Positions 7,927-15,808 of a DNA stretch of 21,027 nt are shown here, one piece after another. The notes below the pieces were generated by a model. It ran no database searches, was not told the origin of the DNA, and saw nothing but the letters and a program-made list of their open reading frames with translations. The translations under genes and the position numbers were made by a program. Within the stretch, counting starts at the first letter, position 1. Every line of letters begins with the position of its first letter. Location of the stretch: IMG/VR virus record IMGVR_UViG_2690316152_000009; one strand, 5' to 3'. This stretch comes from a virus (lineage: Duplodnaviria > Heunggongvirae > Uroviricota > Caudoviricetes).

Positions 7927-8328
7927 ATGAAAATTTGTATCGATGACGGCTCCACCAACATCAAGCTGGCATGGACTGAGAACGGCGAACGCCGCAACGC
8001 CATCAGCCCGAACAGCTTCAAGTCGGAATGGTCTGCGCCGTTCGGTGGCACGCAGCCCGCGAACTACATGCTTGATGGCGTGCGCTATGGTTTTGATCCG
8101 GTCAGCGATCGCTTTGTCCAGACAACTGACACGCAATACCAGTACAGCGATGTGAATGTCATTGCCATTCATCACGCGCTGGTCAAATCAGGCATCACGC
8201 CACAGGAGGTGGATGTGGTTGTCACCCTGCCACTGAGCGAGTATTTCGACACAAACGCACAGCCGGACATAGCCAACATCAACCGCAAAAAAAGCCCAGG
8301 ATTCCCGGGGCGGTTCAGAGGAGAGTGA
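7927..8328 (+). pseudogene. ParM/StbA-like actin-family partition ATPase, N-terminal fragment only
   Basis: MKICIDDGSTNIKLAW...ISPNSFK...YSDVNVIAIHHALVKSGI resembles the N-terminal about 125 aa of plasmid ParM/StbA (about 320 aa); reading frame runs into a 22-bp IS terminal repeat and stops. Confidence 0.6.
8296..8317. repeat. Solo 22-bp copy of the IS629-like terminal inverted repeat
   Basis: CCAGGATTCCCGGGGCGGTTCA is identical to 20461-20482 (terminus of the partial IS element); no IS body adjacent. Confidence 0.6.
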
Positions 8329-8330
8329 GA

Positions 8331-8822
8331 ATGCAAATTTCACCGGTTACTCTTCGTGTTGCGAAGGCGTTTATATCCAGACATCACCGACACAATAAAC
8401 CCCCGGTGGGGCATAAATTCAGCATTGGTCTGAGAAATGATGCCGGAGAATTGATAGGTGTGGCGACAGCCGGTAGACCTGTTGCACGACATTTGGACGA
8501 TGGATTAACGCTTGAAGTAAATCGCACATGTACCACAGGAGAACGCAACGCTAACAGCGCACTTTATGGTGCTGTCTGGCGGGCAGCAAAGGCTATGGGT
8601 TATCAACGTTGTATTACGTACACCCAGGCAGATGAATCAGGAGCATCTCTCCGCGCAGCTGGTTTTGTTCGTGTGAAAGAGCTTCCTCCAAGAAAAAGCT
8701 GGGCGGAATCAAGCGTCGCCCTGCGGAGTAAACGCGATCCGGTCGGAAACGGTGGTGTTCCTCGTGTGCTCTGGGAAATCAGGAGAATGAGTACCACTGG
8801 CATTCGCATCAAAGGAGAGTGA
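8331..8822 (+). CDS. Hotspot cargo protein, 163 aa, possibly GNAT-fold (acetyltransferase-like)
   Basis: ATG 8331 preceded by GGAGAG SD; weak by-eye match to GNAT core (segment TTGERNANSALYGAVWRAAKAMGYQRCITYT then LRAAGFVRV); stop TGA lies inside the SD of the next gene. Confidence 0.55.
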   Translation: MQISPVTLRVAKAFISRHHRHNKPPVGHKFSIGLRNDAGELIGVATAGRPVARHLDDGLTLEVNRTCTTGERNANSALYGAVWRAAKAMGYQRCITYTQADESGASLRAAGFVRVKELPPRKSWAESSVALRSKRDPVGNGGVPRVLWEIRRMSTTGIRIKGE

Positions 8823-9091
8823 TATGGCAACTTTGACAAAAAAAGAACAAGCATGGTTGAGCGAATTACAGGACGTTCTTGATCGCTGCCCATCACCGAA
8901 AAAAATTGGTTTTTACACCATTGGCGATAAAAGCATTTACCTGTATGACCTGCGCCGCATGGATGAAATCATGGAGGCTCTTGATAATCGTTCGTCAATG
9001 GATTGGTGTGTTGCTGTCCATGATATGAATGCAGGGTTTGATGAAAAGATTTTGTTCCCCTCATCAGTTGAAAGCACAGCAGGATAAGGAC
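8811..9091 (+). repeat. Direct repeat copy 1 (281 bp) carrying the coupling junction and the whole 87-aa gene
   Basis: Identical to 9497-9777 except one synonymous C/T difference (8889 vs 9575). Confidence 0.9.
8824..9087 (+). CDS. Hotspot cargo protein, 87 aa (copy 1)
   Basis: ATG 2 nt after upstream TGA, SD AAAGGAGAG; MATLTKKEQAWLSELQDVLDRCPSPKK...; no recognised family. Confidence 0.6.
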   Translation: MATLTKKEQAWLSELQDVLDRCPSPKKIGFYTIGDKSIYLYDLRRMDEIMEALDNRSSMDWCVAVHDMNAGFDEKILFPSSVESTAG

Positions 9092-9097
9092 TAACAC

Positions 9098-9508
9098 ATG
9101 ACCACTATTACCAAAGAACGTATTGAATTGTTCATTAAAAATCCGCTTGAAAACGGGCTTACTCGTGACGAACAAATGGAACTGGCACGAATTGCACTGG
9201 CATCGCTGGAAGCAGAGGCAGTTATGTTCTGTATATCAGGACAAAATGTAGATTCAGAAGAACATGTATCAACCAGCAAAGCGGTTGTTGATGCCTGGGT
9301 TGAAGAATGGAATCAGGTTGACGGAAGTCCTGGCGAACCACTGTACAAAACTATGCCACTCTACTATCACGCTGCCTTGCCAGCGCCGGTAGTGCCGGAT
9401 GAAATGTATTGGCAGGATGCGCCAGTTGAAGGCAGCAGCAAAGCGGCTGCATACGCTACAGGCTGGAACGCCTGCCGCGCCGCTATGCTTCATGGGAAAG
9501 GAGAGTGA
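9098..9508 (+). CDS. Hotspot cargo protein, 136 aa, acidic
   Basis: ORF between the two repeat copies; its last codons (KGE-stop) lie in repeat copy 2; no recognised family. Confidence 0.6.
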   Translation: MTTITKERIELFIKNPLENGLTRDEQMELARIALASLEAEAVMFCISGQNVDSEEHVSTSKAVVDAWVEEWNQVDGSPGEPLYKTMPLYYHAALPAPVVPDEMYWQDAPVEGSSKAAAYATGWNACRAAMLHGKGE

Positions 9509-9777
9509 TATGGCAACTTTGACAAAAAAAGAACAAGCATGGTTGAGCGAATTACAGGACGTTCTTGATCGCTGTCCATCACCGAAAAAAATTGGTTTTT
9601 ACACCATTGGCGATAAAAGCATTTACCTGTATGACCTGCGCCGCATGGATGAAATCATGGAGGCTCTTGATAATCGTTCGTCAATGGATTGGTGTGTTGC
9701 TGTCCATGATATGAATGCAGGGTTTGATGAAAAGATTTTGTTCCCCTCATCAGTTGAAAGCACAGCAGGATAAGGAC
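9497..9777 (+). repeat. Direct repeat copy 2 (281 bp)
   Basis: See copy 1; offset 686 bp. Confidence 0.9.
9510..9773 (+). CDS. Hotspot cargo protein, 87 aa (copy 2, identical protein)
   Basis: Identical translation to 8824..9087; the ORF-track ORF 9399..9773 is the same frame read from an upstream in-frame start. Confidence 0.6.
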   Translation: MATLTKKEQAWLSELQDVLDRCPSPKKIGFYTIGDKSIYLYDLRRMDEIMEALDNRSSMDWCVAVHDMNAGFDEKILFPSSVESTAG

Positions 9778-9807
9778 CCAGCAAATATACACAACCTATA
9801 AAACACT

Positions 9808-9834
9808 AAAGCGCCTCAGGGGCGCTTTTTGTTT
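9808..9834 (+). terminator. Rho-independent terminator closing the cargo cassette
   Basis: GC-rich hairpin AGCGCC-tcagg-GGCGCT (9810-9826) followed by TTTTTGTTT. Confidence 0.7.
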
Positions 9835-10359
9835 GCACAAAAGTGCACAAATTTGCACAATTTTTTTGAACGACTTTTTACCCTTCCGGCCCGCATGGCG
9901 GCTGGATCCGTCAAGGATCCGTGCGTGCACAAAAAAACGCGCTTTTTCTGCGCGCAGGTGACGGGGGAACAGCCCGCGTTTCAGGGGGTAAATAGCATTC
10001 CCTGAACGATGTCGCAGAGACACAACAGAATGGCCATATTTCTCACGCTGAGCATGAAAAAGGCGTGAGGGCTTTTGATTTGATGGGGTGAAAGGTAAGG
10101 CCGTCAAAATCGCACTGAGGCAGCGAGAACATACAGTCAACGCGGTGGAATTGCGTAAGAGTCTGACCGTCGATGGTGGCGATAAACTGGAAGGCGTCGT
10201 GAAATTATCTGATTGATACAGGAGCTGGAGAGCCGGGGCATAAATTTTTTATGCCCCGGCGAAGCAGCAGACAAGCGAAGCGCGTCAGCGATACGGCACC
10301 TTGCCGACCATACTTCATAAGTGCAAAATACGAGCAAAGAAATCAATGGAGGCTGTCTT
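9835..10359. other. About 0.5-kb non-coding region, candidate cos/packaging and regulatory region
   Basis: No credible ORF; lies where P2 cos sits (between hotspot and Q); TGCACAA x3 at 10-bp phasing (9834-9860), GGATCCGT x2 (9904-9922), perfect 13-bp-stem palindrome (10232-10260); cos sequence itself not identified. Confidence 0.3.
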
Positions 10360-10884
10360 ATGGTCATTAATTACAAGCAGTTAAGAGAAAAACGGGAGCA
10401 GGTAAAGGAGAGCTTTCGCCGCAATGAAGATCTGACCCCGCTTGTACGCCTTGCCCAGGGCATTGTTGATGCTTATGAAATCTCGCTGGAGCTGCCATCA
10501 CAGACCTGGACAGATAGCGACGGTAATCGCCAGCATTACGTTTCATGCGGACTGGAAGCAGCCGAAGGATTTCGCAGAATGCCTTTATCCCAGATCCCTG
10601 CCGCTACCCCCAAAGCATGGGGCAGCAATGATGAGCGAAAACTGACTTTTAGTATTGAAACGGTGGTTGACGACACACCTGGCGAAGTCGCGTTCGTACA
10701 CACTCCTGTTTCGATCGCAATGTATAACGATGAAATACAGGTTCGCGTTAATAATAATATCGTGCCACTTAAAGAAGGTAATTCACCCTACACCACCGTT
10801 TGTGAAGCCATTCAATATTACGTTCTCTCTGAAATTGATAATCTCAAGCCTGACGGCACCCAGAAAATGGTTCAACTCTGGTAA
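10360..10884 (+). CDS. Stand-alone hotspot ORF, 174 aa, unknown function
   Basis: ATG 10360 with GGAGG SD 7 nt upstream; followed by bidirectional terminator; no recognised motif. Confidence 0.55.
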   Translation: MVINYKQLREKREQVKESFRRNEDLTPLVRLAQGIVDAYEISLELPSQTWTDSDGNRQHYVSCGLEAAEGFRRMPLSQIPAATPKAWGSNDERKLTFSIETVVDDTPGEVAFVHTPVSIAMYNDEIQVRVNNNIVPLKEGNSPYTTVCEAIQYYVLSEIDNLKPDGTQKMVQLW

Positions 10885-10885
10885 A

Positions 10886-10917
10886 AAGGACAGCCCCATC
10901 ACGGGGCTGTTTTTTCA
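10886..10917. terminator. Bidirectional intrinsic terminator between the hotspot ORF and portal gene Q
   Basis: Hairpin CAGCCCC-atcac-GGGGCTG (10891-10909) flanked by AAAAA upstream and TTTTTT downstream; overlaps the last codons of Q. Confidence 0.6.
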
Positions 10918-11945
10918 TCAAGAAGAGCATAAGAGTTAAAACGGATCACCTCTTCGCCAAGCCAGTCATTGATGTGCTTCATAGCCTCCATGACGGGCAT
11001 CAGCTCGTTAATTGCGTAAACCCGCGCTGCCTTCTCCACATCGCCAAACGCACTTTTTTCGCCCGGCATCGCCCCCATCAGTTGCGGCGGAACGCGGTGC
11101 GCAGCCAGCACATCATCACGGGATGCCGCCTTAACATTCATGAATTCATCTTTTGCGGTGATCTGCTGGAACGGCAAAATTTGCACCCCCTCTTTGCCCC
11201 CGTTGGGCGCATGAATGAGCACGTTTTTAAACGCACCACCACCACGTGCCCCCTGTAGCGTTTCTTTCAGGGAGTCCATGCTTTCGCGGTTTACCTGCGC
11301 TGCACCGATGTAGATGATGCACCCGGCGTGGGATCCGTTGTCGTAGTACAGTTTTCTGAACATGTCCGCCGAATGAGAAAGGCTGGCCGAGAGTAATGCG
11401 CCAAGATATTCCGGCATGCCGTAGATTTCCTGGTTAATATCCGGATTCATCAGGTGGCACACTTTGCCAGGACGAAACTGAAACGCGTCCTTGCCATCCT
11501 GCACATACCACCATGATTCAAGATCGCTTCCGCGTCGCATGTATTTCGCCAGGGCGTGCCGTAATTTAAGCGGTTCGCCGAGCATATTGCTTCGAAGCTC
11601 AAGGAATGCGTTACCGAACACAAACCAGTCCAGCGCCAGCGCCGAGAAATCCTGCCGGGAAAGCAGCGGGTGCGGGATGTAGCAACCGAGTAATACATTG
11701 CGCTTAAAGTAAAGCGCAGACTGATGCCAGGACGTTTGCCGGGCAGCTCTTGCCAGACCGTACCAGTCCACCGGGGTTTCATACCACCGCCCGTTATCAG
11801 CACAGTACATATTGTCCAGCAGGTCATGCCCGGTCAGGCGATAAGGACCATCAAATGTGAATGCACTGAGCGATGATTCTTTCCTGAGCGCATCAGCGAG
11901 ATCAATGCGTGAACTCATGCGCACTTTTTTATTTTTTCTGCTCAT
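10899..11945 (-). CDS. Q: Portal protein (P2 gpQ family)
   Basis: 348-aa ORF; size, position and P2-like order (Q-P divergent from O); recognised by similarity to P2-type portal from memory. Confidence 0.85.
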   Translation of the reverse strand: MSRKNKKVRMSSRIDLADALRKESSLSAFTFDGPYRLTGHDLLDNMYCADNGRWYETPVDWYGLARAARQTSWHQSALYFKRNVLLGCYIPHPLLSRQDFSALALDWFVFGNAFLELRSNMLGEPLKLRHALAKYMRRGSDLESWWYVQDGKDAFQFRPGKVCHLMNPDINQEIYGMPEYLGALLSASLSHSADMFRKLYYDNGSHAGCIIYIGAAQVNRESMDSLKETLQGARGGGAFKNVLIHAPNGGKEGVQILPFQQITAKDEFMNVKAASRDDVLAAHRVPPQLMGAMPGEKSAFGDVEKAARVYAINELMPVMEAMKHINDWLGEEVIRFNSYALLDEKTAP

Positions 11946-13696
11946 CAGAACTCCATAACTGTGAAACGCTCGTTTTCTCCTTCGCCGCCAATTGGTTCGT
12001 TAATGACAGCAAGCATGGTTGCCCACGCAAGGTCGCCGTGGCTGATCCCCCTCGCGCGGTCCGTTTCGTAAGTGATAAAGCCGCCCGGTGTTTTCACCTT
12101 ACGCACGGCGTTAAAGGCTGCGACCAGCTCGCGTTCGGCGCGATCGTATTCCCACCGCCCGGCACGCATTATTTGCAGCATTTTCAGTACCAGCGACCGT
12201 TTTGATGACAGCGTGAAGGTGTACGGAATAGCAGCAGGGAAAAACCGTTTCACTATCTGATAAACAGCCTCCCCGTTCCCGCCCGTCACATCAATGCCGA
12301 TGTGTTCCACGTTGTAGCGACACGTGAACTCTTCAATGACTCTGGCCTGTTCTTCAAACTCCAGCCCCTGAACGCGTCGCGTCTCCACCGTTCGAAAACG
12401 GCCACCAGGAACAGACGGAGGAACCACCACGGACACAGCGCCGCTGTCGCCGTTGCCACTGCTGCCGTTTGCGTCATACCCAATCCATACCGGACGATTC
12501 CCCATCGGGCGGGGAGCAAAAGGTTTCCAGTCTTTCCAGTCGTCGTATCCGTCAACACCACAGCCAATCAGGATATTCAGGTTAAATGCCGATTCCCCTT
12601 CGCGGACAAACTCACACATATAGAGATTGAGGAACTCGTCTTCGGTGTTTTCATCACGAATTTCATCAATATCGGTGTGTTTCCAGCCGTGATTAACCAC
12701 ATCTTCCAGCGTGACAATTTGCCGCCACGTCCGGTCAGGGCAGATAAGCCCGTTATGCAGCGTTTTCCAGTCCACAGAAAAACGCTGGCGTTTATGCGTG
12801 GCCTTTTTCTCGTTCCAGCGGTCGCCGTTCCAGTAGGCGTATGCCTCGTGCGTTTCGGTGGATGGCGTGGAGAAGTAGGTGCGCCGCAGTCCGCTGAGGG
12901 TTGCCATAGCGCCAGCCACCTTGCGCAGTTCAGCAAAGCGACTGACCCAGAAAAATTCATCAAAATAAAAATTGCCCGTATAGGACTGCGCCGACGCAGC
13001 AGAAGTGCCGAGAAAATGCAGCTCTGCGCCGTTGGAGAGGATGATTTTATCGCCCCCTTTCAGCTCCACATCAACTTCAGCCGCGGCCTTCTGAATAATG
13101 CTTTTAAACTGGAACGCCTGACGACGCGACGCAGACAAAAAAATCTGGTTACGCTGGTAAGGTTGCGCCACATCGTCACGCAGCGCCATCAGCAGTGCTT
13201 CCTGTGCAAAATACCAGGTCGCGCCAATCTGTCGGGATTTCAGGATCATCCTGTTACGTATCCCGGCTTCCCTGCAAAGGGTCAGGGAGTCAAACCAGCC
13301 CCGCTGATGCCACTCCAGCCTGCTGATGATTTTTTCCCGCAGTGCGACAATCTGTTCCGGCGTGAAATGATTTTTGAGTTTTTTCGCCCGGCCTTTCTTT
13401 CCTGTGGCCGTCGCATCCGGCTGGCCATCATGCATTTTTTTAAGCTGCCGGGTCAGCAGGTCTATTTCCTTAAAGTCACCGCCTGTTTTATTCTGTTTTT
13501 CAGTAAGCTGGATGAGGCGCGCATCGATGGACTGCGTGACACGCTGCACGGGTGGCGTTTCATCCCACTGGTCGCGTTTTTTCCACGCATAAATCGTGTT
13601 CGGGTTTATTCCCATCAGACGTGATATTTCTGCGGGCGGATAACCCTGCCAGTAAAGTTGCCGCGCACGCTGGCGCACAAAAGCGTCCTGAATCAT
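11945..13696 (-). CDS. P: Terminase large (ATPase) subunit (P2 gpP family)
   Basis: 583-aa ORF; ILKSRQIGATWYF ATPase motif typical of P2-type terminases; N-terminal HTH-like region. Confidence 0.9.
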   Translation of the reverse strand: MIQDAFVRQRARQLYWQGYPPAEISRLMGINPNTIYAWKKRDQWDETPPVQRVTQSIDARLIQLTEKQNKTGGDFKEIDLLTRQLKKMHDGQPDATATGKKGRAKKLKNHFTPEQIVALREKIISRLEWHQRGWFDSLTLCREAGIRNRMILKSRQIGATWYFAQEALLMALRDDVAQPYQRNQIFLSASRRQAFQFKSIIQKAAAEVDVELKGGDKIILSNGAELHFLGTSAASAQSYTGNFYFDEFFWVSRFAELRKVAGAMATLSGLRRTYFSTPSTETHEAYAYWNGDRWNEKKATHKRQRFSVDWKTLHNGLICPDRTWRQIVTLEDVVNHGWKHTDIDEIRDENTEDEFLNLYMCEFVREGESAFNLNILIGCGVDGYDDWKDWKPFAPRPMGNRPVWIGYDANGSSGNGDSGAVSVVVPPSVPGGRFRTVETRRVQGLEFEEQARVIEEFTCRYNVEHIGIDVTGGNGEAVYQIVKRFFPAAIPYTFTLSSKRSLVLKMLQIMRAGRWEYDRAERELVAAFNAVRKVKTPGGFITYETDRARGISHGDLAWATMLAVINEPIGGEGENERFTVMEF

Positions 13697-13850
13697 TGCT
13701 CCCCCTGAGTAATTACAGGAAGATTACCCGCGCGCGAAACCGTTCTCCTTACCCCCCTGTTCTGGCCGTTTTCTTACAACAAAAGCCCTTTGTATCAGCC
13801 TGTTACGCTTTGCCATCATGACTGAAGAACCAGTCAGAGGGGCAAAAACT
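13697..13850. promoter_or_regulatory. Divergent late-promoter region between P and O
   Basis: Positional inference from the P2 map only; no activator-site consensus could be confirmed by eye. Confidence 0.3.
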
Positions 13851-14687
13851 ATGGCTAATGAAAAAAAGACATCCCGCAAAAAGTTTCGCGTGGCTGTCTC
13901 CGGATCAACTGTTGATGGCCGCGAAATCAGCCCGGTACATCTGCGTGAAGCCGCCGAGAACTTCAACCCGGATGTTTACGCTGCCCGCGTGAACGTTGAG
14001 CACTATCTCTCGCCATGCCCGTCAAGCGAATTTTCCGCAATGGGCGATGTCACCGCGCTGAGTACGGAAGATATTACGGAAGGCCCGCTGGCCGGACGTA
14101 CTGCGCTGTATGCAGAAATCGAACCGACCGAGCGCATGAAGCAGCTTGTCGCTGACGGCAAGAAAATCTATTCCAGTATCGAACTGCACCCGCAGTTCTC
14201 CGTTAACGGGCGCGCCTATCTGGTCGGGCTGGCGATGACCGACACCCCGGCAAGCCTGGGCACTGAGCGCCTGAAATTCACGGCACAGCAACGTCAGGCG
14301 GTGATGACGTTCAACAGTATCCAGGGTGAAGCGCCGCTTATCTCCGAAGCCATTGAGTCTGAAATCATCGAAATGGCAGAACAACGCCAGGAAGAAGGCA
14401 CCCAGTGGTTTAACCGCGTAATGGGGATTATTGGCCGTGGCCGCAAAGCGGATGACGCCAGTTTTTCCCGTATTCAGGAAGCGGTGGAAGGCGTCGCAAC
14501 GTCACAGGCCGACATTATCGACCGTTTTAATGTGCTGGAAGCCCGCCATCAGCAGGACCGCCAGAAAATCACGTCACTGACCACAGAGCTGACAGCATTG
14601 AAGGAAAAACTGCGCACGCAGGACGGCGATCCGCAGAACCGCTTCACCGCAACGGGCGCAGCCTCCGACCAGCTGGCTGACTTCTGA
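13851..14687 (+). CDS. O: Capsid scaffolding protein (P2 gpO family)
   Basis: ATG 13851 (MANEKK...); KKFRVAVSGSTVDGREIS, YLVGLAMTDTPASLGTERLKF resemble P2 gpO from memory. Confidence 0.85.
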   Translation: MANEKKTSRKKFRVAVSGSTVDGREISPVHLREAAENFNPDVYAARVNVEHYLSPCPSSEFSAMGDVTALSTEDITEGPLAGRTALYAEIEPTERMKQLVADGKKIYSSIELHPQFSVNGRAYLVGLAMTDTPASLGTERLKFTAQQRQAVMTFNSIQGEAPLISEAIESEIIEMAEQRQEEGTQWFNRVMGIIGRGRKADDASFSRIQEAVEGVATSQADIIDRFNVLEARHQQDRQKITSLTTELTALKEKLRTQDGDPQNRFTATGAASDQLADF

Positions 14688-14710
14688 TAAGACAAAGGAG
14701 CAAATTTTTT

Positions 14711-15763
14711 ATGAATCTGGTGATGTCAGATATTACCCGCAACAAGCTGGGTTGCTATATAGCGAAGCAGGCGTCGCTTAACAATATCCCGGTATCTGCA
14801 CTGGTATCGCGATTTACCGTGGAACCCGCGGTGCAGCAGCGTTTTGAAAACGCCTCAAAGGAAAGTACCGAATTTACGAAAAGAATTAACGTGATCGGCG
14901 TGACCGACCAGAAAGGCGAAAAAATCCTCCTGGACACCACCGGGCCAATTGCGCGCACGAATAGCAGTTATGACGGCATCAAACGCCGTAACCCGAATAA
15001 CGTGATCGATATGAAGTCTCGTCAGTACCAGTGCGAACAGGTGAACTACGATACCTTTATTTCGTACCCACAGCTTGATACCTGGGCGGCCCACAGCGAT
15101 TTTCAGTCCCGTATCAGTACACAGATCGCCCGGCAGGTAGCGCTTGATCGCATCATGATTGGCTTTAACGGCACATCCCACGCCTACGAGTCTGATTTTC
15201 ACACCAACAAGCTGCTTCAGGACGTTAACGTGGGCTGGCTGGAGCACATCAGAACCGATGCCAGCGAGCGCGTAATGAATGACGTGACGCTGACCTCCCG
15301 CAACATGGACAACACTGTGGCGCACGCGGGTAAGTATGCGAATGCCGATGCTCTGGTACAGGATGCGCGCTCATCCCTGCTGGATGAATGGCACAAGGAA
15401 GCTGACGACCTCGTGGTGATTATGGGGCGCAACCTGTTTAACTCGCTGCGTCTGCCCGTGCTGAACAGCATCAGCGGCCAGAATCCCAATGCGGAATTAC
15501 TTGCCGGGCAGCTCATCCTGTCATCGCGCACCATTGGCGGGCTGGGCGTGTTCCTTGCGCCGTTCTTCCCGGATGCAACGATGCTTATCACCTCGTTCAA
15601 CAACCTGTCGATTTACTGGCAGAAAGGTTCAATGCGTCGCCTGATGAAAGACGAGCCGGAATACAACCGCATCGCCACCTACCAGTCCATCAATGACGCT
15701 TATGTCGTTGAAGACTATGGCAAGTGCGCGATGGTCACTGGCCTGAAGTTCGCCGACAGCTAA
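14711..15763 (+). CDS. N: Major capsid protein (P2 gpN family)
   Basis: 350-aa ORF with AAGGAG SD; motifs FTVEP, GFNG, VGWL, DYVVEDY as in P2 gpN. Confidence 0.9.
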   Translation: MNLVMSDITRNKLGCYIAKQASLNNIPVSALVSRFTVEPAVQQRFENASKESTEFTKRINVIGVTDQKGEKILLDTTGPIARTNSSYDGIKRRNPNNVIDMKSRQYQCEQVNYDTFISYPQLDTWAAHSDFQSRISTQIARQVALDRIMIGFNGTSHAYESDFHTNKLLQDVNVGWLEHIRTDASERVMNDVTLTSRNMDNTVAHAGKYANADALVQDARSSLLDEWHKEADDLVVIMGRNLFNSLRLPVLNSISGQNPNAELLAGQLILSSRTIGGLGVFLAPFFPDATMLITSFNNLSIYWQKGSMRRLMKDEPEYNRIATYQSINDAYVVEDYGKCAMVTGLKFADS

Positions 15764-15808
15764 TCAACTCACGGCGGGCATCATGCCCGCCTGTAACGGA
15801 GAGAAAAA

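Noticed and set aside
9796-10367. Minus-strand ORFs 9796..10140 and 10137..10367 in the non-coding hotspot region
   Set aside because: Overlap terminator and palindromic elements, lack SD, and translations are low-complexity and basic; more likely non-coding (cos/regulatory) DNA
12302-13624. 440-aa ORF on the + strand
   Set aside because: Lies antisense to, and entirely inside, the terminase large-subunit gene, whose translation has clear terminase motifs; no SD; typical spurious antisense ORF in a GC-rich gene
13697-13850. P2-type late-promoter activator site (TGT-N12-ACA dyad) between P and O
   Set aside because: Closest TGT...ACA pairs have the wrong spacing (for example TGT 13758-13760 / ACA 13776-13778, N15); region kept only as a low-confidence positional promoter call
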